From Vulcanimicrobiota bacterium (lineage in GTDB: Bacteria; Vulcanimicrobiota; Vulcanimicrobiia; Vulcanimicrobiales; Vulcanimicrobiaceae): 47,740 nucleotides of DNA. The stretch is from contig PLCF01000069.1 in NCBI GenBank assembly GCA_003135555.1, positions 1-47,740 on the forward strand, read 5' to 3'. Positions 47,607 through 47,740 of the stretch are shown here, piece after piece; within the stretch, counting starts at the first letter, position 1, and each line of letters begins with the position of its first letter. The notes under the pieces are model-generated. The model had not been told where the DNA came from. It worked only from the letters and a program-made list of their open reading frames with translations, and searched no databases. Made by a program: the position numbers and the translations under genes.

Positions 47607-47740
47607 GTGGCGTCGATCGCAATCGAGCACTTGACGAAGCGCTATCCCACCGGGACGGTCGCACTCGACGACGTGACCCTCGACGTCGCCGACGGCGAGT
47701 TCGTCGCCGTGGTCGGCCCCAGCGGCTGCGGCAAGAGCAC
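47607..47740 (+). CDS. ABC transporter ATP-binding protein, 3'-truncated by window edge
   Basis: VASIAIEHLTKRY...GEFVAVVGPSGCGKS (Walker A). Confidence 0.88.
   Translation, partial: MASIAIEHLTKRYPTGTVALDDVTLDVADGEFVAVVGPSGCGKS

Noticed and set aside
1..47740. CRISPR array, IS/transposase, or DGR reverse transcriptase
   Set aside because: No regularly spaced repeats, transposase or RT motifs, or TR/VR pair were seen in this window.

Overview
High-GC bacterial window. The lineage may be Eremiobacterota/Vulcanimicrobiota-like, but this is an unverified inference from protein style. Bases 1-27 kb hold a loosely scattered purine cluster: purL (5'-partial), purQ, a tandem-domain purS, two archaeal-type PurP-family ATP-grasp genes, guaA, purD, purF, purM and a GNAT-PurN fusion. 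These are interleaved with an MBL hydrolase, an acyl-CoA ligase, a GNAT, a YccA/BI-1 protein, pepA and three paralogous secreted double-retropepsin proteases. A lower-GC islet (about 14.5-15.9 kb) sits between two of the proteases. It encodes a frameshifted lipoprotein ending in a C-x25-C-x7-C-x26-C hydrophobic hairpin, followed by a small membrane protein, and is the best candidate for an undescribed toxin/immunity-type system. The right half has tsaD, two MFS genes, thrS, VIT1, a serine hydrolase, many small secreted orphans, a Liv-type ABC transporter, DUF488 plus type IB topoisomerase, and tRNA-Val(GAC), tRNA-Val(CAC) and tRNA-Asp(GTC). A recurrent AGG-N17-SGAA motif precedes several start codons, and a short repeat occurs at two gene ends. 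All calls come from reading motifs by eye; no database searches were run.
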